A stretch of DNA of 36,471 bases, taken from the NCBI RefSeq assembly GCF_004010195.1, contig NW_025215380.1, positions 208,645 to 245,115 on the forward strand, written 5' to 3'. Under the pieces are notes generated by a model. It saw only the letters and a program-made list of their open reading frames with translations, did not search any database and was not told the DNA's origin. How positions within the stretch are numbered: position 1 is the first letter of the stretch; the number at the start of each line of letters is the position of its first letter. The translations under genes and the position numbers were made by a program. Positions 31,095 through 36,471 of the stretch are shown here, one piece after another. This DNA comes from Chiloscyllium plagiosum (taxonomy: Eukaryota).

Positions 31095-31212
31095 GCTGGG
31101 AATCCGAATCAAAAACAGAAACTGCTGGAGGGAGGGTCACCTGCTTCGAAACGTTAGCTCAGTTTCCCTCTCCTCAGACCTGCTGAGTTTCTCCAGCAGC
31201 TTCAGTTCTTGC
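31095..31212. mobile_element. PLE-derived short inverted fragment
   Basis: aaaacagaaactgctggag ... agggtcacctgcttcgaaacgttagc ... ctccagcagcttcagttctt; same family as the 5506-5600 end. Confidence 0.7.
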
Positions 31213-31375
31213 TGGAGAAAGTAAAGATTCTCTCTTTCATTTCTATCTGTGAGCATCACGTCTGGAATACCGTGCGCTGTTCTGCTCTCCCTGCTTAAGG
31301 AAGGCTGTGGATGTATTTGAGGTGGTTCTAGGAGGTTTAATCGGATCGGTTCCTGGACTGATTGGGACAGACCGT

Positions 31376-31575
31376 CTGACATAGGAGCAGAAATTAGGCC
31401 ATTCGGCCCATTAAATCGTTGGAGGGTTAGTGTGGATTTCTTGGGTCAGACATCCCCTCAGCACTGACCCTGTCAAGCCCCGATATGTTACACTGAGATC
31501 TCCTCTCATTCCTCTCAACTCCAGTGGGTAGGGTCCCATCCGTTGCACGTCAGACAATCCCACCATCCCAGGGGA
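31376..31575 (-). mobile_element. CR1 3' fragments, decayed
   Basis: cataggagcagaaattaggccattcggccca tail; gagatctcctctcattcctctcaactccag. Confidence 0.65.
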
Positions 31576-31774
31576 CAGAGTGGACATGCAGATAATGTCA
31601 CCCCCCCCCCACCCCGCCCAGCCCCAGCAAGCGAGAGTGGGAGCTGTGTGCCTGTCCAGAACAAGGGGTCATGAGGTCAGGCTGTATGGGTCAGCCCCTT
31701 TCAGACTGAGCTGGGGGAGATTGCTTCACTCAGACCTGTCCCTAACCCGACCAAATAAGGTGGTGAATATGTTT

Positions 31775-32390
31775 ACAGGACCACTTCTGGGGTACTGCGT
31801 GCAGTTCTGCTACAGGAAGGACGTTATTAAACTGGAGAGGGTTGAGAAACGATTTACCAGGATGTTGCCCGGGAATGGAAGGAGAGGCTGAACAGTCTGG
31901 GGCTGTTTTCCCTGGAGCGTCGGAGGCTCAGGGGAGACCTTCCAGAGGTTCATAAAATCATGAGGGGCATGGATAGGGTAAATAGACAAAGGTATCTTCG
32001 CTGGGGTCGGGGAGTCCAAAACTAGGGGTCATATTTTTAAGATGAGAGGAGAGAGGTTTAAAAAGGGCATGAGAGGCAACTTTTTCACACACAACTACCT
32101 GATGAAGGAGCAGCACTCCCAAAGTTAGTGCTTCCAATTAAACCTGTTGGACTATAACCTGGTGTGGTGGGATTTTTAACTTTTCACACAGGTTCGTGTG
32201 TGGAATGAATTTCCTGAGGAAGTGGTGGATGTGGGTACAATTACAACGTTTTAATTACGTTTGGATATATTCATTGTCAGGAAAGGTTTAGAGGGATATG
32301 GGCCAGGAGCAGGCAGGTGGGATTAGTTGAGTTTGGGATTAGTCCAACCATGGACTGTTTGGTGTCAGTGTCCGTGCTGTCTGAGTCTGC
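31775..32390 (+). mobile_element. HER1/CR1 LINE 3' part with PLE insertion at ~32092-32180
   Basis: PLLGYCVQFCYRKDVIKLERVEKRFTRMLPG; continues to gagggatatgggccaggagcaggcaggtggga. Confidence 0.9.
32092..32180 (+). mobile_element. PLE pLTR fragment with decayed hammerhead, flanked by a duplicated target
   Basis: ctgatgaaggagcagcactcccaaagttagtgcttccaattaaacctgttggactataacctggtg; aactttt(t)cacaca on both sides. Confidence 0.85.
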
Positions 32391-32981
32391 GAATTGACGG
32401 AATTTGAGATCCTGAAAGGGTTAAGGAGTTTGCAGAGAGAATGGGAGTATGACATGGACTTAGCGGATCAGTAGCAAATGGTGGGCCGAATGGACTGGTG
32501 GTGGTTTCTCCCTTCCTCTGCAATTGGTAAACCTGCACTGGTGAGCCGCCTGCAGTGAGGTGGTCCGTGAAACTCCCTACCCCCACCCTGTCAGGTTCAC
32601 TTCAGGGAGAGAGAGAGGTCTGCTGTCCTTCCCTGGTCTGGGCCTACACGTAACTCCAGACCAGTGCCGTCTGAAATGGCCCATTTAGGGACGGGCAGCA
32701 ATGGGACTTTGTCACTGTGTGGAAATTAGCTGCCTCTCTCCCATGTTCGCACAGTCATCACTCCCTTTCTTCTTGAAACATCTGTCGGGCACAGCAGGCG
32801 CCCAGAGGGCGGCTATAGAAATGGCCGCCTGTTCTTGTAAGCGCTGTTGACCATCTGAGTGGCCAATGCCAGCCATGCGGGTGTTGCCTTGGTAGTGTTC
32901 CCCCGCTCTCTGGCTGGGTCCAGTCTGGCACTTCACTCACCCCCTTCAGTCTCATGAGGGACTGGGGGGGAGCTATTGTTG

Positions 32982-33769
32982 CAGGAGGGAATGTTCTGGA
33001 TCTCCGTTGGAGTAGGTGAGGGAATGTTCTGGATCCCTGTCGGAGTACGGGAGGAAATGTTCCAGATTCCTGTCAGAGTACGGGAGGGAATGTTCCGGAT
33101 CCCTGTCGGAGTACGGGAGGGAGTGTTTGGGACTCCTGTCGGAGTATGGGAGGAGTGTTCTGGATCCCTGTCGGAGTACGGGAGGAAGTGTTCCAGATTC
33201 CTGTCAGAGTACAGGAGGGAATGTTCTGGATCCCTGTTGGAGTACAGGAAGGAATGTTCTGGATCCCTGTCAGAGTACAGGAGAGAATGTTCCGGATCCC
33301 TGTCGGAGTACGGGAGGGAATGTTCCGGATCCCTGTTGGAATAGGGGAAGGAATGTTCCGGATTCCTGTCAGAGTACGGGAGGGAATGTTCCGGATCCCT
33401 GTTGGAATAGGGGAAGGAATGTTCCGGATTCCTGTCAGAGTACAGGAGAGAGTGTTTGAGACTCCTGTCGGAGTACGGGAGGAGTGTTCTGGATCCCTGT
33501 CTGAGTACAGAGGAAATGTTCCGGATCCCTGTCTGAGTACAGGAGGGAATGTTGTCGATCCCTGTCGGAGTACAGAAGGGAATGTTCCGGATCCCTGTTG
33601 GAGTGCAGGAGGGAATGTTCCGGATCCCTTCGGAGTACAGGAGAAAACGTTCTGGATCCCTTCGGAGTACAGGAGGGACTGTTCCAGATCCCTGTTGGAG
33701 TGCGGGCGGGAGTGTTCCGGATCCCTATCGGAGTACAGGAGGGAATGTTCCGGATCCCTGTCGGAGTAT
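32982..33769. repeat. 33-bp minisatellite, ~24 units
   Basis: Consensus ggagggaatgttccggatccctgtcggagtac(a/g); 11-aa periodicity in the ORF track. Confidence 0.97.
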
Positions 33770-33789
33770 GTTTTGAAAGTTGTGGTGAG

Positions 33790-34148
33790 GATCCAAGGGG
33801 AGTGTTAGGTCTCCCCAGGGAGTGTGTGAGGGGCTTTGAGGAGGTGCAGAGGAGACGCACCCAGGGANNNNNNNNNNNNNNNNNNNNNNNNNNNNNNNNN
33901 NNNNNNNNNNNNNNNNATCCGACTTAGAGCTGAGGGAGATCCTGTTTGATGCTGTGAGTGGTAATAGGGGGGTGGTGTAGGTCTGGAATGCAGATGGCAA
34001 CGGAAATTGGGAAAGGAAGGAAAATTGGAAATGGAAAAGGGAAATTGGATGCGCTCCTGAGGGGAACAAACGTGCAGCGCCATGGGGACAAAGCACTGGG
34101 ACGGATCGACAGAGAGCTAGCATGTGTTGGATGGGCTGAATATCCTTT
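33790..34148 (+). mobile_element. Decayed CR1 3' fragments around a gap
   Basis: tttgaggaggtgcagaggagacgcaccc; gtaggtctggaatgc; gagctagcatgtgttggatgggctgaatatcct. Confidence 0.6.
33868..33916. other. Assembly gap (49 N)
   Basis: Run of N. Confidence 1.
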
Positions 34149-34153
34149 CTCTC

Positions 34154-34184
<31 letters not shown>
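34149..34184. repeat. (CT)n microsatellite
   Basis: Direct read; another (GA)n at 28577-28598. Confidence 0.95.
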
Positions 34185-34185
<1 letters not shown>

Positions 34186-34263
34186 CTGTAATGATGCTTT
34201 GCCCGTTGAGTCAAAATGCCACAACAGAGCTATTTCTTAATCCTTTGGAAACACTCCATTTAC

Positions 34264-34474
34264 TTGCATGTTGCTAATTGTTTTCCTCACTGGTATAATT
34301 TCCCAACTGGTCCCTCGGACAGATGTTTTCACAAGTTGTTTTTGGGTGTAGGCATCATGAAATGCCGTTGTTCCAATCTCTGATGGAGGTATTCCTTGAC
34401 TGAGGCAGCTGAGTTCGCTGCTGATTGGTCTTTGCCAATAGCACTGTTGCATTGCGATCCTCGTAGGATACTAA
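34264..34474 (-). other. Candidate exon of a minus-strand transcript
   Basis: Acceptor catgtttctttgttccccag; donor CAA|gtaaat (alternative CCA|gtgagg); TE-free. Confidence 0.3.
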
Positions 34475-34654
34475 CTGGGGAACAAAGAAACATGACCAAC
34501 TCCTCACGAAAGCTCCGACCATCATCCTGTTAAAGCAGCACTGACTGCTACTCCAGAGTTAATCATTCACCCTCAACTCTCCCAAGACAAGCCCAAATTC
34601 TGATGTTGGAGTTGGTGGGAAAGTTATTGACTGGGAGCTTTCTGTGATCTTAAA

Positions 34655-35430
34655 AGCATAGAGTCACAGAGCTGTACAGCATAAAAACAGATCCTTCGGT
34701 CCAACCTGTCCATGCCGACCAGATATCCTAACCTCATCTAGTCCCACCTGCCAGCACTTGGCCCATATCCCTCCAAACCCTTCCTATTCATATACCCATC
34801 CAAATGCCTCTTAAATGGTGTAATTGTACCAGCCTCCACCACTTCCTCTGGCAGCTCATTCCATACACGTACCACCCTCTGTGTGAAAAGGTTACCCCTT
34901 CGGTCTCTTTTATTATCTTTCCCCTCTCACCTTAAGCCTATGCCCTCTAGTTCTGGACTCCCCCACCCCAGGGAAAGGGGTCTATTTATCCTATCCTTGC
35001 CCCTCATGATTTTATAAATCTCTATAAGGTCACCCCTCAGCCTCTGATGCTCCAGGGTAAATAGCCCCAGCCTGTGCAGCCTCTCCCTATAGCTCAAATC
35101 CTCCAACCCTGGCAACATCCTTGTAAATCCTTTCTGAACCCTTCCATGTTTCAGAACATCTTTCCGATAGGAAGGAGACCAGAATTGTGCACAATATTCC
35201 AACAGTGGCCTAACCAATGTCCTGTACAGCCGCAACATGACCTCCCAACTCCTGTACTCAATCCTCTGACCAATAAAGGAAAGCATACCAAATACCTTCT
35301 TCACTATCCTATCTACCTGCGACTCCACTTTCAAGGAGCTATGACCCTGCACTCCAAGGTCTCTTTGTTCAGCAGCACTTCCTAGGACCTTACCATTAAG
35401 TGGGTAAGTCCTGCCCTGATTTGCCTTTCC
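34655..35430 (-). mobile_element. HER1/CR1 LINE 3' ~780 bp, low divergence
   Basis: Minus ORF 34927-35352: VMLRLYRTLVRPLLEYCAQFWSPSYRKDV...LRGDLIEIYKIMRG; intact 3' tail. Confidence 0.95.
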
Positions 35431-35469
35431 CAGAATTCTTTCTATCCTTTGGAGAGGATGGGCAGCATC

Positions 35470-35572
35470 AATGGCAGTGCAGCATTCCCTCAGTACTGCA
35501 GTGGGAGTGACAGTGTGAGGTCAGGTCTGTGCAGGGGCACTCTAACCTACAAACCTCCTCCTGCCAGAGGTT
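35470..35572 (-). mobile_element. DeuSINE-like (SacSINE1-like) 5' fragment
   Basis: cagtgcagcattccctcagtactgcagtgggagtgacag matches the remembered reverse of the SINE region just upstream of the Deu core. Confidence 0.55.
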
Positions 35573-35579
35573 CTTACCC

Positions 35580-35890
35580 TTCCATGGGATCTGGACACTG
35601 TGGGCAAGGCCAGAAGTTGGTGCCTACCCCTAATTGCCCTTGAGCTGATTGGCTCGCCTGGCCATTACCCAGGGCAGTAAAGAGTCAGTCCCGTTGCTGT
35701 GGGTCTGGTGTTACGTGCAGGCCAGACTGGGGAAGGATAGTGAGGCCCATGGTGTGTGTGCCTGAAGGTGGTAGTTTTCTGACTGTTCCAGACAATAGAT
35801 TGAATTTACATCCCACCAGCTGCCATGTGGGGAATTTGAACCCGTGACCCCAATGTAGAAGGAGTTACTCCTTGTATTGGCGTCACACCA
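35580..35890 (-). mobile_element. tRNA-headed SINE (family of 7146-8056)
   Basis: ccctaattgcccttgag...gggcagtaaagagtcagtcccgttgctgtgggtctgg...cccaccagctgccatgtggggaatttgaaccc. Confidence 0.8.
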
Positions 35891-35917
35891 TCTTGCGCTG
35901 AGGAGGTGAGCAAAAAT

Positions 35918-36152
35918 AACCATAAGATATAGGAGCAGATAGAGGCCATTCAGCCCATCCAGTCTCCTCCGCCATTCAATGAGGTTGATCCTGACCATCC
36001 TCATTTCCACTTCCCTGCCTTTTCCGCTTAACCTCGATTCCCTTCCTGATTAAACATGTCTCTCTCTCTCTCTCGGCCTTGAATATACTACAGGCTGCTC
36101 CAGCCTCCACAGCCCTGTGTGGTCGGGGATCCCATAGATTCACTCCCCTCTG
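35918..36152 (-). mobile_element. CR1 3' end
   Basis: accataagatataggagcagatagaggccattcagccc; minus ORF GVNLWDPRPHRAVEAG. Confidence 0.85.
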
Positions 36153-36195
36153 ATCAAGCGATTGATCAGCCAAGTGATTGGATTGAGTCAATCAC

Positions 36196-36471
36196 GCGTC
36201 ACGGTGGCTCAGTGGTTAGCACTGCTGCCTCACGGCGCCAGGGACCCAGGTTCGATCTCACCCTCGGGTGACAGTCTGCGTGATGTTTGCACATTCTCCC
36301 CGTGTCTGCATGGGTTTCTTCCGGGTGCTCCAGTTCCTCCGACAGTCCAAAGATGTGCAGGTTAGGGTGGATTGGTCATGGGAAATTGTCCCATAGTGCC
36401 CAGGGATGTGCAGGTTAGGATGGATTGGCCATGGGAAATTGTCCCATAGTGCCCAGGGATGTGCAGGTTAG
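36196..36471 (+). mobile_element. HE1 SINE with 53-bp tandem amplification, runs off window end
   Basis: cacggtggctcagtggttagcac...V core; unit gatgtgcaggttagggtggattggtcatgggaaattgtcccatagtgcccagg starts at 36352, 36405, 36458. Confidence 0.92.

Noticed and set aside
32712..32936. Minus ORF with GEHYQGNT, superficially kringle-like
   Set aside because: Lacks kringle Cys spacing and the CRNPD motif, and has no convincing acceptor
32982..33769. CRISPR-like array (33-bp palindromic repeat)
   Set aside because: Units are directly abutting with no unique spacers, there are no cas genes, and the context is vertebrate; it is a minisatellite

Overview
Repeat-dense eukaryotic DNA, almost certainly from a shark (carpet/bamboo-shark-like). 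The call rests on HE1 V-SINEs, their partner HER1/CR1-clade LINEs and shark-type Penelope-like elements (PLEs), recognised from memory of the consensus sequences, not by search. Well over half of the window is retroelement debris: CR1-clade LINE fragments (including a nested stack at ~14.9-20.9 kb), HE1 and other tRNA-derived SINEs, and at least four PLE families. The PLE ends carry minimal hammerhead-ribozyme motifs, and several form inverted-repeat hairpins; one 1.16-kb example is bounded by a 12-bp target-site duplication. There is also a 33-bp minisatellite (~24 units), smaller tandem repeats and three assembly gaps. I cannot recognise any known host gene. The TE-free islands contain well-formed splice sites that chain into a phase-compatible orphan coding gene on + (8.1-14.2 kb) and a convergent multi-exon transcript on - (34.5 to 21.5 kb) with small ORFs; both are hypotheses. 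Most ORFs in the supplied track are TE fragments, low-complexity reads or run through Ns. No CRISPR array, rRNA or genuine tRNA gene was found. TE boundaries are approximate.
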